The notes beneath the pieces are model-generated. The model was not told the origin of the DNA, did not search any database, and saw nothing but the letters and a program-made list of their open reading frames with translations. Position numbers and translations under genes: made by a program. Shown here piece by piece: positions 1-10,432 of a stretch of 64,000 nt of DNA. This DNA comes from Candidatus Eiseniibacteriota bacterium. Its GTDB lineage: Bacteria; Eisenbacteria; RBG-16-71-46. Location of the stretch: positions 214,427-278,426 of the forward strand of contig CAVZLN010000008.1 in assembly GCA_963776245.1 (NCBI GenBank), written 5' to 3'. Positions within the stretch are counted from its first letter, which is position 1. Every line of letters starts with the position of its first letter.

Positions 1-117
1 GGCAGGTCCGGGCCGCGCTCGAAGATCACCACGTCGTGCCCGGCGCGCGTGAAGGTGTCGGCGAACGCCGCGGCCACCACCCCGGCCCCGACGATCGCGA
101 TGCTCCGGCCGCTCATG
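1..117 (-). CDS. FAD-dependent oxidoreductase, N-terminal fragment (gene continues beyond window start)
   Basis: Minus-strand ATG at 115-117. Translation MSGRSIAIVGAGVVAAAFADTFTRAGHDVVIFERGPDL shows a classic GxGxxG dinucleotide-binding Rossmann N-terminus. Confidence 0.5.
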
Positions 118-675
118 CGCCCGACCCGCGGGGCGCGGTGAGCGCGCGCGGCACTCCCGGCCACGCGTCGTAGCCCAGACGCACCCACGCGTCGGTGGCG
201 GCGAAGCGTGCCAGCAGGGTGCGCACGATGTGCTGGCTGTCGCGCGCGCGCTCGTGCGCGACGAGCCCGCGCCACCCGCGCCGCCAGCCCCGCAGCGGGC
301 GCAACTCGGCCAGCAGGCGCCGCTGCCCCGCGCGCGGCAGCTCCGCGAAGCCCGCCGCCCCCGCGGCGCGCCCCGCGGCGTCGAGACGCGCGACGAAGCG
401 CTCGACCAGCGACCGGTGTCCCGGCAGGTTCTCCGCGCGCCAGCGGAACGCCTCGACATAGTGCCCGGGATCGATGGGCTCCCCGAGCAACGCCACCACC
501 ACCGCGCCCAGCACCGTGCCGGCGCGGGTCGAGAGCGGGCCGGGCGCCGAGCGGTCGAGCGGGGCGTCGAGCGCCCAGCGGCGCAGCGCGCGCCGCTGGG
601 TCCACGCGGCGCCCGCCGCGAGCGCCAGGGCCGCGGCGGCGCCGAGGGTGAGGAAGCGGCGGCGGCTGATCCGGG

Positions 676-2880
676 TCATGGTCGTCCCTCTCCCGCGGCC
701 TTGATCCCGTCCATGCGCACGACGTACGCGGTGTCGCAGGTCTGGGTCACGAAGCGCGTGAAGCGCGCGCTGTCCCCCATGCACCAGTCGCCCTCGACGT
801 AGCGTTCGCGGCACCACTCGCCGGGCGAGCCCACCACCACCACCGCCGCCCCCGAGCGCGCGAGATTGCCGAGCCACCGCGCGCGGTCGGCGAGAGCGCG
901 CCGTGATGGCTGGAAGTCCCATGCATGCGGACCCTCCCGCCAGTCTCGATCGACCGGAAGGTACACCGGGCGGCCCGAGAAGTCGCGGCCCCAGTACGCC
1001 CACGACAGGTCCACGCCGGTGAGCGCGATGGGCCGTCCCGCGGCACGGGCGCGCACCTCGCGCACCTGCGCCGCGGTCAGGTTGTGGACCCGGCAGGCGA
1101 ACGCGTCCCACGCGCGCTCGAAAGCGCGCTGGCGTCTCGGTTCCACCACCGCCACGGCGAGCGCCAGCACGCCGGACACCGCCAGCACCGCGAGCGCGCG
1201 CGCCGCCAGCGGCCATCGCCGACGCGCCAGCACGCGCACCATCAGCACGCCCAGGATCGCGGCCACCATGCCGGGCACGAGATGGCTGGCGCCGCGGCGC
1301 AGCATCGCCAGCGCGAGCAGTCCGGCCACCACGCTGGCCGCCCCGGGCAGCGGCAGGCGCGACAGTCCGACCGCGGCGAGCGGGGCGAAGGCCACCAGCG
1401 CGGGCGCCGCGAGGCGCAGGTTGTCGAGGTTCAGCCGCGGGGCCCGGCCCGCGGCCGCGGGCTCGTACGACCCCGAGAACGGACCGAACAGATAGAGCGC
1501 CGAGCACGCGAGCGCGATCACGAACAGCGTCCGCGCGCCGTCGCGGGGCGCGGTCGAGGCCAGCCCGCCGTCCTGGCGGCCGCGCATCGCGAGCCACAGC
1601 GGCAGGCCGGTCACGAGCACGGCGAGCGACATGCCGTAGAAGCCCCACAGCCGCGGCAGCGTGGTGTGCCCGCCGTACCCGTCGAACCACACGTGCACCT
1701 GCGAGGTGCGCGCCTGGTCGAGCGTGTTCATCAGCCCGGGCAGCACCCAGGGCCCGACGCGCAGCTCGGCCGGGTAGAGCGGGTTGCCCGCCACCCACAC
1801 GTTGCGCACCATCCAGTAACCGCCGATGAGGAGCGCGGCGGCCAGGCTGGTGGGATGTCCGAGCACCGAACGGATGCGCGCGAACGCGCCGCGGCCGGTG
1901 ATCGCCACCAGCAGGACGAGCACGGCGTACGCGGGCCCGGTGCCCTTGGTGCCGGCGAGCAGCCCGAGGGCCAGCAGCATGAGCGCGAGCTGCGGTCCGG
2001 TCGCGCCCCGGCGCGCCCGCACGGCGAACAGCAGCGCCACCGCGAACCACATCGCCAGCGAATCGTCCACGCGCGTGCCGAGCGTGAGCTGCACCAGCCC
2101 GGGCGCGATCGCCACGCACAGCGCCACGCCCTCGGCCGCCACCGCGCGGGCCCCCGCGAGCAGGCCGAGACGGCGCACCGCGAGTCCGAGCAGACCGAGC
2201 GCCATCGCGTTCTGCCACGGCATCAGGGTCTCGCGCCGCACCGCCCAGCCCGCCCACATCTGCAGCACCTCGCCATTGCCCGGGAAGTAGAGCCCGAACA
2301 CCGGCGGGTCGTGCAGCGCCGCGCCGAGGGTGCCGCTCTGCATCCAGTGCGCGACCATCGGCAGGTGGTAATGGAAGCTGTCCCAGTCCACGGGCGGGTT
2401 GCGGAGCGAGAACAGCATGCGCCCGAGCACCACCCCGCCCACCAGGGTGAGGAACATCGCCGAGGGGAGCGCGGCCTCCTCGAGCGGCGCCCCGCCGGGC
2501 ATGGCGTCGCGTGCGCGCCGGCGGCCCACCAGGGCGAACGCCGCGCATGCCGCGAGCGCCCAGCTCCAGTCGCGCAGCGCGGAGAACGTGCCGAGCACCA
2601 TCGCGGACGCGACCACCACCGCGGCGACCTCGGTGGCGACCGCGAGCACGACGATGTCCCACGGGGTCCCGCCCAGCCGCCGGCGCACCGCGGCGTGCGC
2701 GCGCGCCGCGCCGAAGGCGAGGATGCCCCCGGCGACCGCGAGTCGCGGCCACACGGTCTGCGCGAGATCCAGGGCGGTCGGGTCGAAGGGCATGGGCGCT
2801 CGATTGCGCGGACGCCCGGGGCGGCGCGTCCGCTCGTGGAACGGGTCCGCTCCGGCGGCCAGGAGCCCGCCGGGCGGCAC
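676..2880 (-). CDS. Large polytopic membrane protein (about 700 aa) with a C-terminal extracytoplasmic domain; putative GT-C-type glycosyltransferase
   Basis: Long minus ORF. The translation is rich in hydrophobic helices (LAVAGGILAFGAARAHA, VVLAVATEVAAVVVASAMVLGTF, LALMLLALGLLAGTKGTGPAYAVLVLLVAITG) and ends in a soluble C-terminal region. A more likely start is the ATG at 2793 (MPFDPTAL...). The overlapping 113..2752 Arg-rich ORF is the wrong frame. Confidence 0.6.
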   Translation of the reverse strand: MPPGGLLAAGADPFHERTRRPGRPRNRAPMPFDPTALDLAQTVWPRLAVAGGILAFGAARAHAAVRRRLGGTPWDIVVLAVATEVAAVVVASAMVLGTFSALRDWSWALAACAAFALVGRRRARDAMPGGAPLEEAALPSAMFLTLVGGVVLGRMLFSLRNPPVDWDSFHYHLPMVAHWMQSGTLGAALHDPPVFGLYFPGNGEVLQMWAGWAVRRETLMPWQNAMALGLLGLAVRRLGLLAGARAVAAEGVALCVAIAPGLVQLTLGTRVDDSLAMWFAVALLFAVRARRGATGPQLALMLLALGLLAGTKGTGPAYAVLVLLVAITGRGAFARIRSVLGHPTSLAAALLIGGYWMVRNVWVAGNPLYPAELRVGPWVLPGLMNTLDQARTSQVHVWFDGYGGHTTLPRLWGFYGMSLAVLVTGLPLWLAMRGRQDGGLASTAPRDGARTLFVIALACSALYLFGPFSGSYEPAAAGRAPRLNLDNLRLAAPALVAFAPLAAVGLSRLPLPGAASVVAGLLALAMLRRGASHLVPGMVAAILGVLMVRVLARRRWPLAARALAVLAVSGVLALAVAVVEPRRQRAFERAWDAFACRVHNLTAAQVREVRARAAGRPIALTGVDLSWAYWGRDFSGRPVYLPVDRDWREGPHAWDFQPSRRALADRARWLGNLARSGAAVVVVGSPGEWCRERYVEGDWCMGDSARFTRFVTQTCDTAYVVRMDGIKAAGEGRP

Positions 2881-2961
2881 TGGGTCATCGGCTCGCGGAG
2901 CCGCCGACTTCAGGCGGACGGGAGCGCCACGGGCCGCCCCGTGCGCGCCACGCGCCGCGTC

Positions 2962-4188
2962 CTATTTCGCTCCCACCACCAGCCTCAGTGTGTCCCGCGC
3001 GATGATGAGCTCCTCATTGGTCGGGATCACCAGGGTGCGCACCGGGGCGTCGTCGGCCGAGATGTCGGCCTCCCGGCCCACCGCCGCGGCGTTCTTCTCC
3101 GGATCCACCCGCACTCCCATGAATCCCAGCCCCTCGAGCGCGCGCGCCCGGATGGGGGGCGCGTTCTCGCCGATCCCGCCGGTGAAGATCACCGCGTCCA
3201 TCCCGCCCATGGCACCGGCATAGGCCGCGACGTACTTCTTCACACGGTAGCAGAAGATCGCGATCGCCACCGCCGCGCCCTCGTGTCCGCGGGCCTCGGC
3301 CGCGAGCAGCTCGGCCATGTCGTTCGAGAAGCCGGACACCCCGAACAGGCCCGAGTGCTTGTTGAGCAGGGTCGAGGCCTGGTGCTCGGTGAGGTCCTCC
3401 TTGTGCATGATGTGGAAGATCACCGCGGGATCGAGATCGCCGCAGCGCGTGCCCATCAGCAGGCCTTCGAGCGGGGTGAAGCCCATCGAGGTGTCCACCG
3501 AGCGGCCGCGCTCGATGGCGCACACGCTCGCGCCGTTGCCGAGATGGCAGGTGACGAGCCGGGTCTCCTCGCGCGGACGCCCGAGCAGTTCCTGCGAGCG
3601 CCAGCCCACGAAACGGTGCGACGTGCCGTGGAAGCCGTAGCGGCGGATCCCGTGGCGGGTGTGGAGCACACGCGGCAGCCCGTAGAGGTAGGCGTGCTGC
3701 GGCAGGGTCTGGTGGTACGCGGTGTCGAACACCGCCGCGTGCGGCACCCGGGGCATGAGCTTCTGGGCGGCGTAGTACCCGCGCAGGTTGTGCGGATTGT
3801 GCAGCGGCGCGAGCTCCGAGCAGTCCTCGATCCCGCGCACCACCTCGGGGGTGACGATCGCGCTGGCGGCGAACTTCTCGCCCCCATGCACCATGCGGTG
3901 CCCGACCGCCTCGATCTCCCGCGGGTCGTGGATGACCCCGGTCTCGGGCGCCGTGAGCGCGCGCAGGATGTCCGCGATCGCCACGCGGTGCTCGAGGATC
4001 TCCTTCGACTCGACCGTCTTGCCGCGTCCCTCGGGCTGATAGCTGTGCAGCGCGCTCGCGGTGCCGATGCGCTCGACCGAGCCGCGCGCGATGGGGTGGT
4101 CGCGGTTCTTCTCGATCAGATCGAGCGAGGTCTCGATGAGCTGGTACTTGACCGACGAGGAGCCTGAGTTGAGGACCAGGATCATCAT
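2962..4188 (-). CDS. ackA: Acetate kinase
   Basis: Translation starts MMILVLNSGSSSVKYQLIE and contains FHGTSHRFV and TCHLGNGASVCAIE, matching the acetate/propionate kinase family. A GGAGGT ribosome-binding site sits upstream of the ATG at 4186-4188. Length is 408 aa. Confidence 0.9.
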   Translation of the reverse strand: MMILVLNSGSSSVKYQLIETSLDLIEKNRDHPIARGSVERIGTASALHSYQPEGRGKTVESKEILEHRVAIADILRALTAPETGVIHDPREIEAVGHRMVHGGEKFAASAIVTPEVVRGIEDCSELAPLHNPHNLRGYYAAQKLMPRVPHAAVFDTAYHQTLPQHAYLYGLPRVLHTRHGIRRYGFHGTSHRFVGWRSQELLGRPREETRLVTCHLGNGASVCAIERGRSVDTSMGFTPLEGLLMGTRCGDLDPAVIFHIMHKEDLTEHQASTLLNKHSGLFGVSGFSNDMAELLAAEARGHEGAAVAIAIFCYRVKKYVAAYAGAMGGMDAVIFTGGIGENAPPIRARALEGLGFMGVRVDPEKNAAAVGREADISADDAPVRTLVIPTNEELIIARDTLRLVVGAK

Positions 4189-5081
4189 CGCGCCACCTCC
4201 GCCGCGGCGGGATCCGCGACGCGCGCGTGGCCCGCGTAGGTGAAGAAGCCGCGCCCGGTCTTGCGGCCGAGGTGGCCGGCGCGGACCATCTTGCGCAGCA
4301 GCGGGCAGGGCCGGTACTTGAGCTCGCCCAGCTCGTCGAACAGGTGGTCCATCCAGCCCATCACCTTGTCGAGGCCGACGCGGTCGGCGTACTCGAGCGG
4401 GCCCATCTTGAGCTCGTAGGCCAGCCGGATCGCCTCGTCCACGCTCTCGGCGCTCGCCACGCCCTCCATCACGACGTGGATGGCCTCGTTGAGCAGCGGG
4501 AGCATCACCCGCGTGAGCACGTAGCCCGGGGTCTCGAACACCTCGACCACCTTCTTGTCGAGCGCGCGCGCCAGCTCGAGCGCCCTCTGGAAGGTGTCGT
4601 CCGAGGTCTCGGCGCCGCGCACCACCTCGACCAGCGGGGTGCGCGTCACCGGGTGCATGAAGTGCATGCCCACCACCTTGTCCGGCCGCCCCGAGGCGGT
4701 GGCGATCTCGGTGATGGAGAGGGTCGAGGTGTTGGTGATGAAGATGCGGTCGGCGGGCAGCACCGCGCCGAGATGCCGCATCACGCGCTTCTTGGTCTCG
4801 AGGTCCTCCTGCACGGTCTCGATGACCATGTCGGTGTCGGCGAGCGCCGCCGGGTCGGTCACGAAGCGCACGCGCGACAGCACCACGTTCTTCTCCGACG
4901 CCGTGATGCCCCACTTGGCCAGTTCGGCGTCGAGGATGCGCGCCAGGTCATGCGCCGCCGCCCGGGCGCGCTCCTCGGAGACCTCCAGTACGGAAACGTC
5001 GATGCCGTTCGAGGCGACCTTCTCGGCGATGGACTTGCCCATGTGTCCGCCGCCCACGATGCCCAGCCTGCGGAATTCCAT
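4185..5081 (-). CDS. hbd: 3-hydroxyacyl-CoA / 3-hydroxybutyryl-CoA dehydrogenase
   Basis: Translation MEFRRLGIVGGGHMGKSIAEK shows an NAD-binding N-terminus. The internal motifs VVGMHFMHPV and TPGYVLTRVMLPLLNEA match the 3HCDH family. Its stop overlaps the ackA start (ATGA at 4185-4188). Confidence 0.85.
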   Translation of the reverse strand: MEFRRLGIVGGGHMGKSIAEKVASNGIDVSVLEVSEERARAAAHDLARILDAELAKWGITASEKNVVLSRVRFVTDPAALADTDMVIETVQEDLETKKRVMRHLGAVLPADRIFITNTSTLSITEIATASGRPDKVVGMHFMHPVTRTPLVEVVRGAETSDDTFQRALELARALDKKVVEVFETPGYVLTRVMLPLLNEAIHVVMEGVASAESVDEAIRLAYELKMGPLEYADRVGLDKVMGWMDHLFDELGELKYRPCPLLRKMVRAGHLGRKTGRGFFTYAGHARVADPAAAEVAR

Positions 5082-5399
5082 CCCTGTTCCATCCTGTGTT
5101 GGAGCCGGGGGCGCGCGATGCCGCGGCCGCCCGGACGAGCTCACCTGAGGGTCGCCCGCAGTCTAGCGCGAGTGTCGGCGCTTGTCCCGGCGGGGCGGGC
5201 GCGGTTGCGCTCGATGAGGCCGCTCCGTATCGTGCTCGTGGACCGCGACGAGACCCCACCCGCGCGGCCCACCGTGAGATCGGTCACGGATCGCGTCGAG
5301 CGGACCCCGGCGACGTCGCCCCCACGCCGCGCCCGCTCCCTCGCCTGGTCTTCGTGCGGCCGCGGCTACCACGGCCCACGCCACCTCTGGAGGTTTGCG

Positions 5400-6434
5400 A
5401 TGCATGGTCTCCGCCGCGCCTGGATCGGATCGGCGCTCGCGTCGGTGATGGCCGCGACGCTCGCGTTCGCGATGGACCCCCTGCCGAAGACGCCGCCCAT
5501 CCCCGCCGACAACCCGCAGACGGTCGCCAAGGCCGAGCTGGGCAAGATGCTGTTCTTCGACCCGCGGCTCTCGAAGACCGGCACGGTGTCCTGCAACTCG
5601 TGCCACAACGTGATGGAGGCCGGCGAGGACGACCGGCCCAACTCGGTCGGCGTGGACGGGAAGACCGGCGACCGTTCGGCGCCCACGGTGTGGAACGCCG
5701 CCTACCTCTCGTCCCAGTTCTGGGACGGGCGCGCGGGCACGCTCGAGGAGCAGGCCAAGGGCCCGATGGTGAATCCGATCGAGATGGGCATGCCGGACCA
5801 CGGGTTCGTGGTGGGGCGGCTGGAGCGGATCCCCGGCTACGCCCCGCGCTTCGCGGCGGTGTTCGGCGCCACCCGGCCGCTCACCATCGAGAACGTGGCC
5901 AAGGCCATCGCCTGCTACGAGCGCACGCTGATCACCCCCAACAGCGCCTTCGACCGCTACGCGCGCGGCGACAAGGCGGCGCTGAGCGCGGCCGCGGTGC
6001 GCGGCATGAAGACCGCCGAGAGCGTCGGGTGCACCGCGTGCCACAGCGGCCCGGTGTTCGCCGGTCCGATCACCACGCCGGGCACGCCGTTCCTGCAGAA
6101 GTTCCCGGCCTACACCGACAACGGCTACGTCGCGCAGTACCGGCTGGCCGACGACCCGGGCCGCTTCAAGGTCACGAAGGACGAGGCCGACCGGCACTTC
6201 TGGCGCGTGCCGATGTGGCGCAACGTGGCCCTCACCGCGCCCTACTTCCACAATGGCGCGGTGCCGACGCTGCACGAGGCGGTGAAGGTGATGGCGAAGG
6301 CCCAGCTCGGGAAGGACCTGACCGACGCCGAGGCGGGTGACATCGTCGCCTTCCTCGAGAGCCTCAACGGCACCTTCCCCGCGCAGACCATGCCGCGCCT
6401 GCCCGAGACCCCGGGGCACACGCTGATCGACTGA
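5400..6434 (+). CDS. Di-heme cytochrome c peroxidase (CcpA/MauG family)
   Basis: GGAGG ribosome-binding site at 5388-5392. There is an N-terminal signal peptide and two CxxCH heme motifs (CNSCH and CTACH). The conserved stretch PMWRNVALTAPYFHNGAVPTLHEAV is present. Confidence 0.9.
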   Translation: MHGLRRAWIGSALASVMAATLAFAMDPLPKTPPIPADNPQTVAKAELGKMLFFDPRLSKTGTVSCNSCHNVMEAGEDDRPNSVGVDGKTGDRSAPTVWNAAYLSSQFWDGRAGTLEEQAKGPMVNPIEMGMPDHGFVVGRLERIPGYAPRFAAVFGATRPLTIENVAKAIACYERTLITPNSAFDRYARGDKAALSAAAVRGMKTAESVGCTACHSGPVFAGPITTPGTPFLQKFPAYTDNGYVAQYRLADDPGRFKVTKDEADRHFWRVPMWRNVALTAPYFHNGAVPTLHEAVKVMAKAQLGKDLTDAEAGDIVAFLESLNGTFPAQTMPRLPETPGHTLID

Positions 6435-6512
6435 GCGCGACGGCGGGGCGCCCCATCGGCCGGGGCGCCCCGTCGCGTCACGCCGGCGGCGCCGCGCCCG
6501 GCGCGGAGGCGC

Positions 6513-7754
6513 TCACTCGATGTCGAGCCGCCGGAACACCAGCACGCCGTTGTGCCCGCCGAAGCCGAAGGCGTTCGACATCACGCACCGCACGTCCGCG
6601 CGGCGCGCCTGATTCGGCACGTAGTCGAGGTCGCACGCCGGATCCGGCTGCAGCAGGTTGATGGTGGGATGGATCACGCCGTGCCGCAGCGTGAGCACCG
6701 CGGCCACCGCCTCGATGGACGCCGACCCGGAGAGCGAGTGCCCGGTCATGGACTTGGTGGAGTGCACCGCGAGGCGGTAGGCGTGGTCGCCGAACACCCG
6801 CTTGATGGCCGCGGTCTCCACCGCGTCGTTGATCGGCGTCGAGGTGCCGTGCGCGTTCACCACGTCCACCTGCTCGGGGGCGATCCCGGCGTCGGCCAGC
6901 GCCATCCGCATCGCGCGGGTGGCGCCGCGCCCCTCGGGATCGGGCGCGGTGAGGTGATGGCCGTCGGCCGTGACGCCATAGCCCACCAGTTCGGCGAGCG
7001 GGGTGGCGCCACGACCGCGCGCGTGGTCGAGCGTCTCGAGCACCACCATCCCCGCGCCCTCCGCGATCACGAACCCGTCGCGGTCGGCGCTGAACGGGCG
7101 CGAGGCGGTGGCCGGGGAATCATTGCGGGTCGAGAGCGCGCGCAACTGGCAGTAGCTGTCGACGGCGAACGGCGAGATGGTGCTCTCGGACGAGCCCGCG
7201 ACCACCGCCCGGGCGCGGCCCAGACGCAGCAGGTCGAGCGCGGTGCCGATCGCATGCGCGCCGGTGGCGCAGGCGGTGGAAAGCGACAGGTTCGGGCCGC
7301 GGCATCCGGTCTCCATCGCCACCACTCCGGCGGCCATGTTGGAGATCACGATCGGCACCGTGAGCGGATTGAAGCGCCCCGGCCCCTTGGCGAGGAACGC
7401 CTCGTGTTCCCGTTCGAGCACCTCGAAGCCGCCCACCGTGGATCCCACCACCACGCCCACGTCCTCGCGCGTCTCGCCTTCGGGCAGCCGCGCGTCGGCG
7501 AGGGCCTCGATCGCCGCGGCGAGCGCGAGCTGGGAGAAGCGCGCGGTGCGCTTGAGCGTGCGGGACGGGAGGAGCCGCTCGGGCTCGAAGTCGGTCACCT
7601 CTCCCGCGATGCGACTGCGCAGCCCCGAGGCATCGAAGGCGCGGATCGGGCCGACGCCCGAGCGCCCGTGGACCAGCGCGTCCCAGAACGCCGGCACCCC
7701 GGTGCCGACCGAGGCGCACACGCCCAGCCCGGTCACCACGATGCGGGGGTGCAT
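6513..7754 (-). CDS. fabF: Beta-ketoacyl-ACP synthase II
   Basis: 413 aa starting MHPRIVVTGLGVCASVGTG. Contains the active-site Cys motif in SLSTACATGAHAIG, the HGTSTPIND motif and the C-terminal NAFGFGGHNGVLVF. Confidence 0.9.
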   Translation of the reverse strand: MHPRIVVTGLGVCASVGTGVPAFWDALVHGRSGVGPIRAFDASGLRSRIAGEVTDFEPERLLPSRTLKRTARFSQLALAAAIEALADARLPEGETREDVGVVVGSTVGGFEVLEREHEAFLAKGPGRFNPLTVPIVISNMAAGVVAMETGCRGPNLSLSTACATGAHAIGTALDLLRLGRARAVVAGSSESTISPFAVDSYCQLRALSTRNDSPATASRPFSADRDGFVIAEGAGMVVLETLDHARGRGATPLAELVGYGVTADGHHLTAPDPEGRGATRAMRMALADAGIAPEQVDVVNAHGTSTPINDAVETAAIKRVFGDHAYRLAVHSTKSMTGHSLSGSASIEAVAAVLTLRHGVIHPTINLLQPDPACDLDYVPNQARRADVRCVMSNAFGFGGHNGVLVFRRLDIE

Positions 7755-8078
7755 GCGTCAGTCCGCCCCGGCGCGATGCGGTGCCCACGGCGACGGCGGT
7801 CGATCACGGCGCGACGGTCCGGCGTGCACGGGGCCTCCGGTTCCTGGGGGCGTTCCACTCGTAGGCGCGCACCATAATGGAGACGGGCGCCGAGATGAAG
7901 CCCGAAACCCCGCGAGGCCCTCGTTCCGGCCGCCGCGGCGGCCGGGAGCCGGGCCGCGGCCCGGAATCGGGGCCGCGGGACGGCGGCCCCCCCGCCACGG
8001 CTTGCCCGCGCGGCGCAGCCTGATACATTGCCCACCGATCCTGGCCGCTCGTCGCGGCCGGCGGAGGAGGGCAGAGTG

Positions 8079-8516
8079 ATGGCGTTCGACTGGAACTGGG
8101 TGCTCATCGTCGGCGGCGCGCTGCTGGTGCTCGTCGAGGTGGCGCTCGGGGGATTCGCGGGCTTCGACCTGGTGCTCATCGGTTCGGCGCTGGTGCTCGG
8201 CGGCGCGCTCGGGCTCGTGTTCCAGAACACCGCCCTCGGCTTCCTGGTGGCCGGTGTCCTGTGCGTCGCCTACATCGTCGCCGGACGGCGCTGGGTGCGG
8301 GCGCGGATGCTCCACCGCAAGGTGGCGAGCAACGTGGACGCGATCATCGGCCAGCGCGCCCTGGTGATGACGCCCGTCACCGAGCACGTGGCGGGGCAGG
8401 TGAAGGTGCGGAGCGAGACGTGGCGCGCGCTGCCGGCGCCCGGGGCGGGGCCGTTCGAGCCCGGCACCGAGGTGACCGTGGATGGCGTGGATGGCGTGAC
8501 CCTTCAGGTGAGGTGA
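8079..8516 (+). CDS. NfeD-family membrane protein (SPFH partner)
   Basis: GGAGGAGG ribosome-binding site at 8062-8069, then ATG at 8079. The protein has TM helices followed by a C-terminal OB-fold-like region (VKVRSETWRALPAPGAGPFEPGTEVTVDGVDGVTLQV). It lies immediately upstream of an SPFH gene. Confidence 0.7.
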   Translation: MAFDWNWVLIVGGALLVLVEVALGGFAGFDLVLIGSALVLGGALGLVFQNTALGFLVAGVLCVAYIVAGRRWVRARMLHRKVASNVDAIIGQRALVMTPVTEHVAGQVKVRSETWRALPAPGAGPFEPGTEVTVDGVDGVTLQVR

Positions 8517-8519
8517 CCC

Positions 8520-9401
8520 ATGGAGCTGCTCGGACCGTTCATGTCGATGCTGTTGATCATCGTGGTGCTCATCGCCGTGATCTCGCTGGCGCGTTCGGCG
8601 CGCGTCGTGGCCCAGTACGAGAAGGGGCTGGTGCTGAGGCTCGGCCGCTATCGTTCCACGGTGGACTCGGGGCTCACCTTCCTGGTGCCGGTCATCGAGG
8701 ACATGCTCAAGGTGGACATGCGCGAGCGCGTGATCAACGTGGAGCCCCAGAAGGTCATCACCAAGGACAACGTCTCGGTGACCGTGGACGCGGTGATCTA
8801 CTACCGCATCAGCGACCCGGTGAAGGCCACCTTCGAGGTCCAGAACTTCGCCTATGCCGCCACCACGCTGGCGCAGACCAACCTGCGCAATCTGATCGGC
8901 GACAAATCGCTGGACGAGACGCTCACCGCGCGCGATACCATCAACGCCAACCTGCGGCTGGTGCTCGACGAGGCGACCAACACGTGGGGCGTGAAGGTCA
9001 CGCGGGTCGAGGTCCAGAAGATCGATCCGCCCGCCGACATCACCGAGGCGATGTCGCGGCAGATGAAGGCCGAGCGTGACAAGCGCGCCAACATCCTCGA
9101 GGCCGAGGGCGTGAAGCAGTCGCAGATCCTCGCGGCCGAGGGGGTGCGCCAGTCCGAGATCCTGCGGGCCGAGGGCGACGCGCAGGCGAAGATCACCCGC
9201 GCCACCGCCGAGGCCCGGGCCATCGAGATGGTGTCGAACGCGGCGGAGGCCTTCTTCAAGGAGCGCGCCGAGGTGAGCAAGCGCCTCGACGTTCTCAACA
9301 ACGTGCTCGCCCAGCAGTCCAAGTTCATCGTGCCCTCGGGCTCCGATCTGGTGAACGTGCTCGGGCTCGACGACCGGACGGTGGTGCCGATCAAGAAGTA
9401 G
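8520..9401 (+). CDS. SPFH/Band 7 (stomatin-like) protein
   Basis: N-terminal TM helix followed by an SPFH core ([49 protein letters not shown]) and a coiled-coil tail. Confidence 0.9.
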   Translation: MELLGPFMSMLLIIVVLIAVISLARSARVVAQYEKGLVLRLGRYRSTVDSGLTFLVPVIEDMLKVDMRERVINVEPQKVITKDNVSVTVDAVIYYRISDPVKATFEVQNFAYAATTLAQTNLRNLIGDKSLDETLTARDTINANLRLVLDEATNTWGVKVTRVEVQKIDPPADITEAMSRQMKAERDKRANILEAEGVKQSQILAAEGVRQSEILRAEGDAQAKITRATAEARAIEMVSNAAEAFFKERAEVSKRLDVLNNVLAQQSKFIVPSGSDLVNVLGLDDRTVVPIKK

Positions 9402-9423
9402 CGCCGGTCGCGGTGCGGCGGGG

Positions 9424-9451
9424 CGTCTCCCGGCGGGAGGCGCCCCGTTCC
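9424..9451. terminator. Bidirectional intrinsic-terminator-like hairpin between convergent genes
   Basis: Near-perfect inverted repeat ggggcgtctcccg-gc-cgggaggcgcccc (12 of 13 bp pairing) followed by a T-containing tract. It sits between the SPFH end (9401) and the end of the minus-strand oxidoreductase (9469). Confidence 0.4.
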
Positions 9452-9468
9452 CTTTCCCGGGGCGCCGC

Positions 9469-10432
9469 TCAGTCGCGGCCGGCGCGTCCCGCGCCGGGGC
9501 GCTCCGGCCCGGCGTCGCCGCGCAGCACGGCGCGGATGTCGGCGAGCGCGAGGGCGCCCTGGCCGAGCGCCACCGGCACGCTCGGCAATCGCGGACGCGT
9601 CACGTCCCCGGCCGCCCACACGCCGGGCGCCGAGGTGCGAAGCCGCGCGTCCACCGGCAGGTAGCCGTCGGCGTCCCGTTCCAGAGCGCCCGCGCACCAT
9701 TCGGTGTTGGGCGTCGCGCCCAGCTTGATGACCACGCCCTCGACCACGCGCACCCGCTCGTCGAGCCCGTCGGAGAGGCGCACCGCGCGCACCCGGTCCT
9801 CGCCCTCGATGGCGACCACCCGGGTGCCCTCGAGCACCTCGATGCGCGGCTCGGCCGCGACCCGCGACCGGAACTCGGCGCGCGCCCGCGGCCGGCCGCG
9901 CACCGCGATGCCCACTCGGCAGCCGGCGGCCGCGAGGATGAGCGCGTTCTCGAACGCGGCGTCGCCACCGCCCACCACCAGCACGTCGCGACCGGCGAAG
10001 CGCTCGCGATCGCGGGTCGCGGATGACGACACCCCGCGCCCCTCGAGCTCGCGCTCGCCCGGCACCTCGAGGTGACGACGGCGCAGCCCGGTCGCGACCA
10101 GCACCGCCCGGGCCTCGTGGCGGGCCCCGCCGGCGGTGCGCACCGCACAGCTCGTGCCGGCACGGGCCGGCTCGAGCGCCGTCACCGCATCGCCCAGCGA
10201 CGCCGCGATGCCGCGCTCCTCGAGCTGGCGCGCCATCACCGCGGCGACCGTGGGACCGTCTCCCGACGCGAGCCCCGCCCAGTCGCGCGGGTGGAAGTGG
10301 ATGGCGAGCAGCTGGCCCCCCACTCGCGCGGCGCCTTCGACCAGCGTCACGGCGAGATCGAACTCGCGCGCCCACAGCGCCGCCGAGATCCCGGCCGGGC
10401 CGGCGCCCACGATCACCAGGTCGGGGCTCACG
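9469..10432 (-). CDS. Pyridine-nucleotide-disulfide / thioredoxin-reductase-like FAD/NAD(P) oxidoreductase
   Basis: Two dinucleotide-binding motifs ([14 protein letters not shown] and [14 protein letters not shown]) and a C-terminal [11 protein letters not shown] motif. The GTG start at 10430-10432 overlaps the upstream gene stop (GTGA). Confidence 0.7.

Noticed and set aside
113-4167. Very long Arg/Gly/Ala/Pro-rich ORFs: 113..2752 on the minus strand, 925..4167 on the plus strand, and similar ones elsewhere (17060..19612, 18868..22419, 35279..37549, 54358..57144 and 57706..59748)
   Set aside because: These have the typical wrong-frame or antisense look of open frames in about 70% GC DNA (RGRRGHPRLRR... 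composition, no motifs). Each overlaps a well-supported gene in another frame or on the other strand.
4227-5399. N-terminal 390 codons of the 735-aa plus-strand ORF 4227..6434
   Set aside because: Only the C-terminal 344 aa (from the ATG at 5400, with a ribosome-binding site, a signal peptide and two CxxCH motifs) form a cytochrome c peroxidase. The upstream part is antisense to hbd/ackA and Arg-rich.
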